Assembly: GCF_001194135.2 (NCBI RefSeq)
Contig: NC_068984.1
Location: 68,579,474 to 68,643,473 of the forward strand
Length of the DNA stretch: 64,000 nt
Source: Octopus bimaculoides
Lineage: Eukaryota
Direction of reading: 5' to 3'
Shown here: positions 26,451 to 38,900 of the stretch, in pieces
Position numbering within the stretch: the first letter of the stretch is position 1
Layout of the letters: each line of letters opens with the position of its first letter
Translations under genes and position numbers: made by a program
Notes under the pieces: model-generated
Database searches by the model: none
Seen by the model: only the letters and a program-made list of their open reading frames with translations
What the model was told of the DNA's origin: nothing

Positions 26451-27782
26451 CTGCAGGCCAAATAATAATGGGTTCATAGTTTCTGATCTTTCCAACCTCT
26501 CTGATTCGTAAAAGTACATAATATCCCCTTATACACACGCACAAACATACACCAGAAACACATTTAACATGTGTATACACATGCATGCTCTTGCAAGTAA
26601 CAGAAACATATGTAACTTGAAAAGAACACCATAGGTATATTTTAACTGCTGAAAATATAAATTTAATCTACTTCTTATATTACTGCAGCCCAGGCGACAT
26701 TATAAACGATGTGGTGGTAGAACGTAATCAAGCTGTAACCGGCTGATTTGTGGCTAAATAACAACAACAGCAAAAGATTTAATACTGGCGCTTAAAAAAA
26801 TTCATAAGGGAACGTATATGTCGCTGTTTACCGTGCCAGAAATAGGAAATATCTATCAAATTATATCACTCAATATGGATAGAAGAAGGAAAACTCTGGA
26901 CTATGCAGTCGTAGATGTATACAAATGATGGCTGGTACACCTTTGATGGTAAGTCTGCTCGATGAAGGTTGATCTGGGGGCAAACAACAGCAATGATATG
27001 GAGCCATTGAGAGAGCATTTACGTTTTGGCTCGACTTAAGAGAAATAGAGGTATAATCTTACTCAAATAGCATCTAACCGTCTTAGAAAAGCTACATAAA
27101 ACGTAGAAAACACTCGTTATAAATTTATACCAGAAATTGAGAACATATTTGTCTTTTAGCTATTTTTGAGAGCCCTGCGCATCGTCAACCGCTATGTTGC
27201 TGCTTGTTTCGCTTATATCTAAATCGGGTACTGCTTGCACATAATGAAAAGAATAAGTTAGATGGGGTTGTAACAGCTTTGATCATAGGCTTGCTCGATT
27301 AGAGCTGACATGGATCTAAACAACATCAGAAACAGCAACAACAACATTAAATAAACGAAACATAAAAGGAGGCATTATTTGTATGTACATTTTTCTTCCT
27401 CACAAATAAAATTTGATAATAATCCTCGTAAACTGTTAGAAACAAAGAAGATAAGAATGAGAAATGTAGAATATTTTATTTTAAGGGGAGAAGAATTGGA
27501 GTTATTTTCAATAAAACATGATCTCTACTTATTATCAATCAAATCTTGACAAAGCTTAAAAAAAAGCTCTGAAAGATACGAACAAAAAAATCAGGTTGAA
27601 AAGAATACCGAGAGGGCATAGCTAAAAGGATTTGTTAAGATATAAATACAATCTGTTGCACGGATATTTCTTAAGTCAAAGTCAAGATATACGTAGCATG
27701 ATAGAGATCAAGGAAAATATAAAGAAAATAAAATGATAAAAAAGACGAGACCACACATAAGATATTAGCATACTGGTGCATA

Positions 27783-27816
<34 letters not shown>

Positions 27817-28745
27817 CGTACATATATACATATATATAGATAGATATACACATATATACATACATATACACACACATACACACACACACATATATGTGTA
27901 TATGTCTCTCTNNNNNNNNNNTCTCTCTCTCTCTCTCTCCCTCTAAAATACGTGAATACACAGAGATGCACATACATAAACACACATGCATATGTACACA
28001 CAAAGCGCTGGTGATAAAATTTTCTGGATAGTATAAGATACTTCATCGTGTGAAGCATTTAACACAAAAAAAAAAACAAAACAAAATACTCAGTGGATAT
28101 GAGAAGTGAGAAAAAATATCCAAAAATTATTTTGAATCCTGAGTATTGATATATTGAATATCATAGATTGAATTCGAGTTGACACTCGAAGTATGGACAT
28201 AGTTACACATCTAAAAAATATATATGCAAACATTATTGAAAATATACCTGCACACATATGTGTATGTACACATGTAAGTATGCATATATTAGAAACATGA
28301 TTTATTTCTTTCATACTTGCACTGAAGAAATGATAGCGTTTGAAGTTAAATTTTTTATTAAAATGTTTCATACTTTTTTTTTTATTAGACTTTCATACAG
28401 TATGTGAAACAAAATCAGGTAAATTGAAATAATAACGCACTTAGTCTAATAACTTTTCCAGACCTTTTCGGTCTCGTCATCTTAGAAAAATAATAACAAT
28501 ATTTTGACACAGGCTTGAATTTTTAAAAACAAACACGTGCGAAATGCGTTTAACCAAAATTGAAACTACGAGCTTGAACAGTACCCACCCTACCTCTCCT
28601 TCGCAGAAAGACTATTAACACAACTTCAACTAAAATGTAAGACCAACTTTACCTAACTCTATTTTTAAACCACTATATGCATTACTATATCCACTAACTG
28701 TTACTCCTGCAACTCTCACACCATGAACTTTAACATACTTCTCAA

Positions 28746-28797
28746 CATTCTGAAGAGATCTGCCAAACCATTTGGCACATCGAAACGATCGTAAATG
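28746..28797 (+). ncRNA. Type I hammerhead ribozyme, complete core
   Basis: CAUU CUGAAGA GAU-C-UGCCAAA-CCA-UUUGGCA-C-AUC GAAA CGAUCG UA AAUG. Helix I is CAUU/AAUG, helix II has 10 bp with one C-C mismatch, helix III is the palindrome ACGAUCGU, and the cleavage triplet is GUA. Confidence 0.85.
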
Positions 28798-29922
28798 ACT
28801 CATTATATAATCTCCACATAATTAAATCAATGGCTAACTAGCCCAATTGACTTGCTTCTTCTTGTGTTTGTTTCTCCATTCTCCANNNNNNNNNNNNNNN
28901 NNNNNNNNNNNNNNNNNNNNNNNNNNNNNNNNNNNNNNNNNNNNNNNNNNNNNNNNNNNNNNNNNNNNNNNNNNNNNNNNNNNNNNNNNNNNNNNNNNNN
29001 NNNNNNNNNNNNNNNNNNNNNNNNNNNNNNNNNNNNNNNNNNNNNNNNNNNNNNNNNNNNNNNNNNNNNNNNNNNNNNNNNNNNNNNNNNNNNNNNNNNN
29101 NNNNNNNNNNNNNNNNNNNNNNNNNNNNNNNNNNNNNNNNNNNNNNNNNNNNNNNNNNNNNNNNNNNNNNNNNNNNNNNNNNNNNNNNNNNNNNNNNNNN
29201 NNNNNNNNNNNNNNNNNNNNNNNNNNNNNNNNNNNNNNNNNNNNNNNNNNNNNNNNNNNNNNNNNNNNNNNNNNNNNNNNNNNNNNNNNNNNNNNNNNNN
29301 NNNNNNNNNNNNNNNNNNNNNNNNNNNNNNNNNNNNNNNNNNNNNNNNNNNNNNNNNNNNNNNNNNNNNNNNNNNNNNNNNNNNNNNNNNNNNNNNNNNN
29401 NNNNNNNNNNNNNNNNNNNNNNNNNNNNNNNNNNNNNNNNNNNNNNNNNNNNNNNNNNNNNNNNNNNNNNNNNNNNNNNNNNNNNNNNNNNNNNNNNNNN
29501 NNNNNNNNNNNNNNNNNNNNNNNNNNNNNNNNNNNNNNNNNNNNNNNNNNNNNNNNNNNNNNNNNNNNNNNNNNNNNNNNNNNNNNNNNNNNNNNNNNNN
29601 NNNNNNNNNNNNNNNNNNNNNNNNNNNNNNNNNNNNNNNNNNNNNNNNNNNNNNNNNNNNNNNNNNNNNNNNNNNNNNNNNNNNNNNNNNNNNNNNNNNN
29701 NNNNNNNNNNNNNNNNNNNNTGAGCTAGGACGTTAAAACTTAGTGTGATTGCACAACAGAGTTCAAGGTCAATCTGTGTTAAGAACGTAGTAGAGAACGG
29801 TATAAAACTCATCCACTTTCAGATTTCAACCTGTGCTATCCAGTAGTAGTATCATACGTACTTCCAAGTTTGCGTTGGGTTTCCTGTCGTGTGTGAATTG
29901 ATAGGTGAATAAAATTGGAGTC

Positions 29923-30157
29923 AACAAGGAATATGGTTGAACATTTATTTTCAATCACTACAATTGTTTCTACGGAACGTAGTTCTCCAGGCTTGCGGAT
30001 ACTTGGGAGACAATATTTACATATCACCTGAGGAAACAACTAGATCTCATAATGCAGGGAAACGGATGCATAATCAAGTACCTGCATGTCTGGAGAACTA
30101 AGTTATATAGAAACAATTGTAGTGATTGAAAATAAATGTCCAACTGTATTCCTTGTT
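29923..30157. mobile_element. MITE/foldback with ~83-bp TIRs starting AACAAGGAAT
   Basis: 29923-30006 matches the reverse complement of 30076-30157. No TSD seen. Confidence 0.8.
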
Positions 30158-30599
30158 TCTGGATGTTATCAGTACTCAATGTGAGACAACCACCAGCTAG
30201 TGACGAAAGCTCTCTCCACTCGCAAATACTATATTTTCTTTAAGCGAAACTCAGTCACTGATCTCGTATCGAGAAAAACAACATCTTTTAAATCTCTTAG
30301 CAAGAGAAATACAGTAAGAGTACCGAATAGTAATGTTTATATGCCAACATAACGTGCCAGTCCTATAACGGACGATGTTACTGTTGTTCTAGCCCCAGGA
30401 AAACGTCTTTTCTAGCTGGCTATCGGCACACAGTTTGTGTCCGTATATAGTATTTGCAAGAGTGGTCATCGCTCCCATTTCTAGTCTTACGTGATACTCA
30501 TAGACCTAGGTTTCTGGATGTTATCCATCCTCGTTGTGAGACGGCCACCAGCTAGTGACGAATATATATATATATATATATATATCGTGTATGTGAGAG

Positions 30600-30618
30600 A
30601 GTGAGCGGGAGAGAGAGA

Positions 30619-30700
<82 letters not shown>

Positions 30701-30710
30701 GAGAGAGATA
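30600..30710. repeat. (GA)n microsatellite
   Basis: Read directly. Confidence 0.95.
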
Positions 30711-31510
30711 TGAGTGAATAGGAATCGGAACTCGTATCTTTGTGAGAATATACTGTGTTGAAAATTGCTTGTAGTACACAGTATTTGTACCTGTCTTTTG
30801 TTCATAAGTTTCCTTAGAATACTTTGAATTGAGGATCAGCTGAACACTACAACACTGTGACAATAGGGATACATAGAGAATTTCGACCCAGCTGAGCGCT
30901 TACTCGCTGTAACAATAGGGAAATTCAATGTTCTAATTGGGTGACAAAGATGTAATGATAAGAAACTAAAAGAAAATACATTATCAGTTCTTAATGAATA
31001 TTTTAGAAAAGAACAATTTGGCTACAAAGTCTGTTACTGCTAACTTGTTTGTAGATATTCTCAATTTACCATTTAATCGTTGTATTTACCATACATATTT
31101 ATATTTCCCTAATAATAAATTTTAATTAAATTATTTATAAATAGTATATTATATTAAGAATCCTTCCAATATAGGCACAAAGTCCGAAATCTTGGAGGAG
31201 GGGACTAGTCGATTACATCGACTCTCGTACTCAACACCTAGTTTTATCGACCCCGAAGGGGTGCGAGGCAAATTCAATCTTAGCAGAATTTGAACTCAGA
31301 ATGTGAAGACGGACAAAATACCAGTCTGTATTATCTTACATCATTATCATTATTTAAGTAGTATTTGTTTGATGAATCATATGATGTGAGACTCATTACA
31401 GTTTTGTGATATTATTTAGACAGATTTCCCGCTTAAAAGCATACCAGATCATCAGCAAATTCTATTAATTGCATAGATTTTCAAGACATCAATTCATTTA
31501 GCAATTCATC

Positions 31511-32276
31511 AACTAGAATTGAAAAATGCGCACGCTCAGAAGGGTTATAGAATGTCATAATGAACCTTAAAAAGTATGGGACTAGCATTGTTGTTCAAAA
31601 ATATTGGAATCGCTATATTCTGTACATTCTGTGGTATCTTAAGACGAAAAGAGATCCATGTGTGAATTAGAATGTCACGATAATTATTAAACCGAGTTCT
31701 TAAAACAAAAATCTGAAAATGTACAAAATATGATCTTTAACTTCAAATAAGTAAATTCATTATAATACTCTTCATAGCAAAGTATATAAAAAACATATTT
31801 AACACTGCATGCAAATTGCCATGATAAAAAAAACAAAAAAAAAACTGGATAAACGCTGAAATCGAATCTATATAACAGCGAATGTATGAAACCGAAATAA
31901 TTATAGGCAAAGATAAGTTGCTTTATGTTACACATTAATAAAAATAGTTTTGCGAATTAAACAAATTATTACTAAATTATTTTTGATTGATTACTTGTAA
32001 AATTATAGAAATTATCATTCATAGATTGAATTATTGTGTAAAGATGACATTAGTGTTTGTATACAATTGTTTTGTTAAAACTGAGCAAACGATAATTTAA
32101 CTTAATTAATTTTTAATATAACTTAATTTCGCTGAAACAAATTTCTTGTGATAAAAAGATGCCACAGAATGTACAACATATAATGATTTTGAGCAACAAT
32201 GTTAATCCCGTATTCTTTAAAGTTTATTATGACATTCGGCAACTCCTTTGAACATGTGCATTTTTCAATTCTAGTT
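31511..32276. mobile_element. Non-autonomous TIR element with ~125-bp TIRs starting AACTAGAATTGAAAAATGC
   Basis: 31511-31640 matches the reverse complement of ~32155-32276, around an AT-rich core. No TSD seen. Confidence 0.8.
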
Positions 32277-34842
32277 TCGTACTTTTTAAGGCAACGCTTG
32301 TAATATTTTATATATGTACCATATTTCTCCTAATGATGTGGCAGCTAATGTGTATGCGTCTGTGTGTGTGAGAGTATGTGTGCGTGTGTGTGCGTGCTTA
32401 TTCTTGTGTGTGATAGTGTGTGAGTGTGTGTGCGTGCTTGCTCTTGTGTGTGTGAGTGTGCGTGCGTGTGTGTGTGTGCGTGTGCATGTGTGTAAGCGTG
32501 TTCTTGTATAGTCTCACAGATCTTGTGTAATTTAGTTTTAAAATTAATAGAAATCAATGTCATTTATATTTATTTATTTCTCATTTCCTTTAATCAATAT
32601 TAAGTGTTAATTTACATTTCTTCCTTTTCCCCATGCATGCTGCAATATTTCGGCTCTTTGATGGTTAACAAAAAACCACATGGACTATTATAGCTAATGC
32701 GGCTTTTTCGACGCTGATCTCGTTTTCTTCTTGGAAGTTTACGGATTTTACAGACACAAATGAAGCAAGTAAGAACAAATATGCAAGGATTTTCTCAAGT
32801 TTAAAATGCGAATTCGTTTTTGTTATGTGTACATTCCACACACATAGATAGGTAAAAACCAGAACATGCACGCATGCACACACACACACACTCAAACACA
32901 CACGTACACCTAGTAGCTTCCTCCACACGCATAAATATATATAAAAACAGAACACGCTCGCACACACACACANNNNNNNNNNNNNNNNNNNNNNNNNNNN
33001 NNNNNNNNNNNNNNNNNNNNNNNNNNNNNNNNNNNNNNNNNNNNNNNNNNNNNNNNNNNNNNNNNNNNNNNNNNNNNNNNNNNNNNNNNNNNNNNNNNNN
33101 NNNNNNNNNNNNNNNNNNNNNNNNNNNNNNNNNNNNNNNNNNNNNNNNNNNNNNNNNNNNNNNNNNNNNNNNNNNNNNNNNNNNNNNNNNNNNNNNNNNN
33201 NNNNNNNNNNNNNNNNNNNNNNNNNNNNNNNNNNNNNNNNNNNNNNNNNNNNNNNNNNNNNNNNNNNNNNNNNNNNNNNNNNNNNNNNNNNNNNNNNNNN
33301 NNNNNNNNNNNNNNNNNNNNNNNNNNNNNNNNNNNNNNNNNNNNNNNNNNNNNNNNNNNNNNNNNNNNNNNNNNNNNNNNNNNNNNNNNNNNNNNNNNNN
33401 NNNNNNNNNNNNNNNNNNNNNNNNNNNNNNNNNNNNNNNNNNNNNNNNNNNNNNNNNNNNNNNNNNNNNNNNNNNNNNNNNNNNNNNNNNNNNNNNNNNN
33501 NNNNNNNNNNNNNNNNNNNNNNNNNNNNNNNNNNNNNNNNNNNNNNNNNNNNNNNNNNNNNNNNNNNNNNNNNNNNNNNNNNNNNNNNNNNNNNNNNNNN
33601 NNNNNNNNNNNNNNNNNNNNNNNNNNNNNNNNNNNNNNNNNNNNNNNNNNNNNNNNNNNNNNNNNNNNNNNNNNNNNNNNNNNNNNNNNNNNNNNNNNNN
33701 NNNNNNNNNNNNNNNNNNNNNNNNNNNNNNNNNNNNNNNNNNNNNNNNNNNNNNNNNNNNNNNNNNNNNNNNNNNNNNNNNNNNNNNNNNNNNNNNNNNN
33801 NNNNNNNNNNNNNNNNNNNNNNNNNNNNNNNNNNNNNNNNNNNNNNNATACAGAGTTTTACCAGAGAATGAAACTTCGAAGATATACCGTCAAGTTTATT
33901 AGTATTATTTAGTAGATAATATTTCAATGTGAAGTATGTTTGTGTTTTATTTAGCAAACCCATCGCACAGTTTTTTTTTTCCTCAAATACTGTAAATCTA
34001 TGTCTTTCTTTTGATGAAAGGGTGTGTTTTAAGAGAGATTTGCCTGTCATATGTAGTACCTCAAGTTATCACAGAGATATCTGTGTGTGTATGTGTGTGT
34101 GTGTGCATGTTTTGTTGTGGCGAAAAAAAATTCTTTTCTTAGAATATTTTGCACATAAGTTTTAAAGAAATCTGGACATCTTTCTTGTCTAATCTATCCC
34201 TAATCGTTCAACTTCAAATTACAATTGTTAATTGTTGGAAGTCAAGCAGACTGAGATGTACATATAATGTTATCGTATAGAGTGGAAGTTCAATACGGAA
34301 TTTTGAATTCGTATCTTATGGTTAGTAATCCGTTACCTTAAATTCGAAGCCATTAAGTCTTTAAACATTATTTTATTGGGTTTAGTCTTTCGACTGCCGT
34401 CATGATGGGGTATCACCTTCAAAAATTTAATTGATCATACTCACCTCAGTACGTATTTCAATATGGCGTATATTTTATAGATAAGTACTTGATGAATTGC
34501 TAACTTTGAGAAATAGTGGGATACAAAACTCGATTTAACAAGAAATGTAAACACACACACACATTAGGTGCAAGAATGATTGTGTTTAAGAAGTTTGCCT
34601 CCCAACCACATGATTCCACGTTCAGTCCCTCTGCGTGGTGCCTTTGGCAAGTATTTTCTACTATAGCCCTAGACCAATTATTGACTTGTAACTGAATTTA
34701 GTAGACGGAAACTTCAGCGTTATTTATTAGAAAATGACCGAAAAACATATTTAGAAAGAAGAGTTGTTTGCTTCATACTCCTCGTGTGCCGACTCTGCCC
34801 ATAAGAAGGGAACAAATAATACCAAGTGGCTCTAGGTCATAA

Positions 34843-34872
34843 CAGCCGGGCAACGCCGGGGTGCATTGCTAG
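34843..34872 (+). mobile_element. Helitron-type 3' terminus
   Basis: GC hairpin CCGG-GCAACG-CCGG, followed about 9 nt later by CTAG|T. It ends a foreign segment (~34712-34872) that replaces the middle of a family A SINE. Confidence 0.6.
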
Positions 34873-34929
34873 TAATAAAATAAATACCAGACTTAAAATA
34901 AGTACTGGAGTCGATTTGTTCAACTAAAG

Positions 34930-35913
34930 CAGTGGTTCTACNNNNNNNNNNNNNNNNNNNNNNNNNNNNNNNNNNNNNNNNNNNNNNNNNNNNNNNNNNN
35001 NNNNNNNNNNNNNNNNNNNNNNNNNNNNNNNNNNNNNNNNNNNNNNNNNNNNNNNNNNNNNNNNNNNNNNNNNNNNNNNNNNNNNNNNNNNNNNNNNNNN
35101 NNNNNNNNNNNNNNNNNNNNNNNNNNNNNNNNNNNNNNNNNNNNNNNNNNNNNNNNNNNNNNNNNNNNNNNNNNNNNNNNNNNNNNNNNNNNNNNNNNNN
35201 NNNNNNNNNNNNNNNNNNNNNNNNNNNNNNNNNNNNNNNNNNNNNNNNNNNNNNNNNNNNNNNNNNNNNNNAAGAATGTCAACAAAGTAAATTCATCGGA
35301 CGATAAGTCTGAAGTATCGGACGATACTTCAGACAGGAATAAGCAGAAGCTTATATCTCCTCTCGGTGAAGTATTCCCTGATCTAAAGATCTTTGTAAGT
35401 TGCCGAATTTCACAGATAATGACATAATTACCTCGTGCTACGGATGAAAGCAAAGCAACAGTTAAGGAGTGGCATATTTTACCACGACAGACACGTACAC
35501 AGCATCGAATACCACGATGTGAGTGAAAGCTGCTTTCACTGTATTGTCCGGTGTCTGGTAATCCCTCCGATACCGACATCAAATAAAAAAAAAAGAATCC
35601 TGACCACAGAGTGTGGATAATTATGTCACTGGCAATGTGCATTCAGTTGATTGCAACTGTTAAAACAAGTCACTGAGCATGCGTACATGTCATACGGGAG
35701 AGTTCCAATCAGGGGTGGATAACACCTTATAGGAAAGCCCTATAGTGCACGAAGTATTTGGAAAATTCTTTTTATTCATTTCCTAATAATATTTAATTAT
35801 AAAAGTGTAATAGGATTTTTAGACATCAAATACTTATAGGGTCCATCAGATTAAAGTTGGAATCAAAGGGCCCATTAGCCAAAAAAAAAAAAAAAAATGG
35901 TTGAGAACCATCA
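34930..35913. mobile_element. hAT (Charlie-like) non-autonomous element inserted into a family A SINE tail
   Basis: Left end CAGTGGTTCT (then gap), right end TGGTTGAGAACCAT. Flanks AACTAAAG and GGCTAAAC share CTAAA, and the SINE tail resumes after 35913. The right end is homologous to the left end of the 40999 MITE. Confidence 0.6.
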
Positions 35914-38900
35914 GGCTAAACCATTTAAAGCAGTGTCTCAGGATGGCTGCAGTTAAACGATTGACACACATAAAAGACTATAAGAAGCAATAGCAAACAT
36001 TTCAATTTAAATCTTACGACGAAACCAGTATTTTTGATTCCATGTATATTCCTGTGCATTCATAAGGAAGCTATGTGAAGGACTTGATTTATAATCCATG
36101 TTTCATTTGGTTGTAATCTGCAGTTATGTAGGCTACAGTGTACGCAGCGTGAGTAATCGGCTTATAAGACTGTCTTCATATCACTGATATGAATTTTTAA
36201 TGAAACACACCTTAGAACGATATAACTGAGATGTTATACAAGTGTACTCAGGTCGAGAATAATGACGCCGAATATGTTTAGCTTACTTAGATTTCTAGAA
36301 TCGGATAATAAAATAAGTTAAAATATAGTAGAAAAAAGTGTTCCACTTTTCCCCGAAAACTTCGTTTTACACACACACACACACACAACCACGTATATAT
36401 GTACGCATTTATATTTCTGTTAAGTTTGTCCTCTATTATCGTATGATTCCGTAACTTAGTGGTTCAGCATCAGAGATGGACAAAATTAGGAGCAGGCTTA
36501 AAAGAATAAGTACTAGAGTCGATTCGTTCGACTAAAATGCAAAAACCATAAAGTCCTTTTCAAGGCTGTGCCCCAGCATGGCTGCAATTTAGTGACTAAA
36601 ACAAGTAAAAGATAAAAGAAATCATATTAGATATAATAATTTACTGCTGACAATATGTTGACATAGCGTACTTCATGGTCAGCTATGCGGATTTGAGTAA
36701 TTGCATACTTCTGTTAAGTGTTTAAGAATTTCAGTCACCGATTTTATGCATTCAAGTGGAATCCTCTTTATGTTATCCGGTCATCAACATTATAGTGAAG
36801 TAGACTATCTGTGGCCTGGATATATATATATATATGTATAAGGGAAGACTTTGATATCAAAGTAATATATTACTACAAAGTATGAAGAAAGTAAACTGTG
36901 ATATAATAAACTGTGTATGTATATAATAATGACAGCAGCAATTTAAACTTCATGATAATATATTATTATTACATAAGGCGGCTAGGCGGTGAGCTGGCAG
37001 AATTGTTAGTATACCGGGTAAAATGTTACGCGGCATTTCGTCTGACTGCGTTTGGAGTTCAAATGCCACCGAGTAAAATAAGTAACAGTTGTGCACTGGA
37101 GGTCGGTCTAATCGACTTATTCTATCCGCGAGATAGTTGACCTTGTGCCAAAACTCGAAAGCAATATATTAGTATTACATAACTAGTGTAGTCAAGCCGA
37201 GAATAATCCTTTCTACTAAAAGCACAAGGCCTGAAATTGTGGGGAGGGGACAAGTCGATTGCATCGACCGCAGTCTTTTCACTGGTACTTAATTTATCGA
37301 CCCCGAAAGGCCGCTAAGCATTTTGCCCACTATGCTAATGATTTTGCCGGCTCACCGCCTTTCAGGCCGATAATAATGATAGGAAATATGTTTAGTTTAC
37401 TAAAATTTATTGCATCACATAATAAAATAAAGTTTTAAAATGCTGCGCTTTCTCCATAGCCTTTTGAACTGTTGCCAAGTGGCTCTCGACATAAGTGCCG
37501 TAACGAAATTTGCTGAGGTGGTGCACACCCAGTTTATTAGCAGGATATTCAAAGCGTAATTATTGCCCACCAAAAGTTTTACGGGGTGTGCTTGCTCTTC
37601 ATGCACCCCACTGTTCCTATGGATCTCGACGAACTTTTCAGAATTCTCGTGCCTTCCACTGCTCAATCAAGATGGCTTCCTAAAGAGCAAGAGCACCAGG
37701 GAATAATTTCAATGCGTTCGCAGTTCATTTCTCCAAACAGAGCATATACACATAACAAAATTCTTCGTTATTGCATCTTCGCAAATTCCCCAATAATTCG
37801 TATTTAGCAAGACAGTGGAGGACAGTAAATGTGGCTACTCGTAGCTACTCGACCTGCTACAAACAGCAGCCAAATGTCACTCGAATCTCACCCTACCATC
37901 TTAGAAAAAAAGAAGCGTAGGATAATGTGATCCAAGCTTCCCTGACATAAAAAGACGTGATGGTCACGGTTAGAATGCTCAATCATGGTTGACATTAAGT
38001 AGCAGCAGCAACGATGTCAACGATAACAACCAGTACAAGCTGTCCTAGTTGTAATCTCAAACAATGCATTACTACTCTAGATTCCATATCTTTTATTTGT
38101 TCTGATATGTTGCAGTTTGTTCAAATTTTTGAGCCACCAATCTTTTAATAGATGGTATATCTGTTTTTTTATGCTCCTCTCTTCTTCCTCTTTGCCATCC
38201 TTTTCGTCCTCTTCATTCTCTGGTTCCACCTTGTTTTCTTAAATACATTTCTCATTTGTGATATAGGAAGGTACTATATCTATGTTCATATATTCCTGTA
38301 TTGCTTGTTTTTACGTGTACATGTTTGCGTGAATGTGTAATGTTTTATTGATTATAATTCCCCATACAATCATTCACAGGTGATTATTGTTCTTGCTGCA
38401 ATTACAGTTGCTGGTGTGGCCTTTATTGTGGCTGTAATTTAAGCGTTGATAGCGGAAAGATGCGTTACTCAATCTTCTCTTTTTGCTTACTGGGTAGCAA
38501 GCCATGGGATGGTCGGCTCTGCTGCATGTGTAGCATTTTGGTTTCCTGCTATTGACTACTACTTGCATTGTTGTAAGCAGAATCAACATCATTGTGCAAC
38601 ACTGTTGCATGATAAACCTAAGTTCTCAGCAACCTAATGTCTTCGACTACTCTGATTTGCTCGCTACGCTGTAGTATATTAGCCACTTCAACATTTGTAT
38701 AGTGATATCAACACGAACAGCAGTGAGGTGTAAGTTGCAGGTAAAATTGTCTATGTTAACACTAAAACAAACTATCACTTGCACACAATAGCCATTTTAC
38801 ATCTCTAAGTTGTCACGTTTGTACCATCAAATTTGGCAGTACGAGACACCTACATGGAACGACGACCGTGCTCTGCATAGTTACGGTCTGCTCTTTGGCA

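Noticed and set aside
30160-30560. CCAGCTAGT repeats and a hairpin near 30425 as Helitron ends
   Set aside because: The hairpins are weak, and 30390-30450 resembles another dispersed repeat seen in reverse at ~20300-20350.
37544-37807. 87-codon plus-strand frame after an AG, with open minus frames
   Set aside because: No donor, no recognisable domain, and competing frames on both strands.
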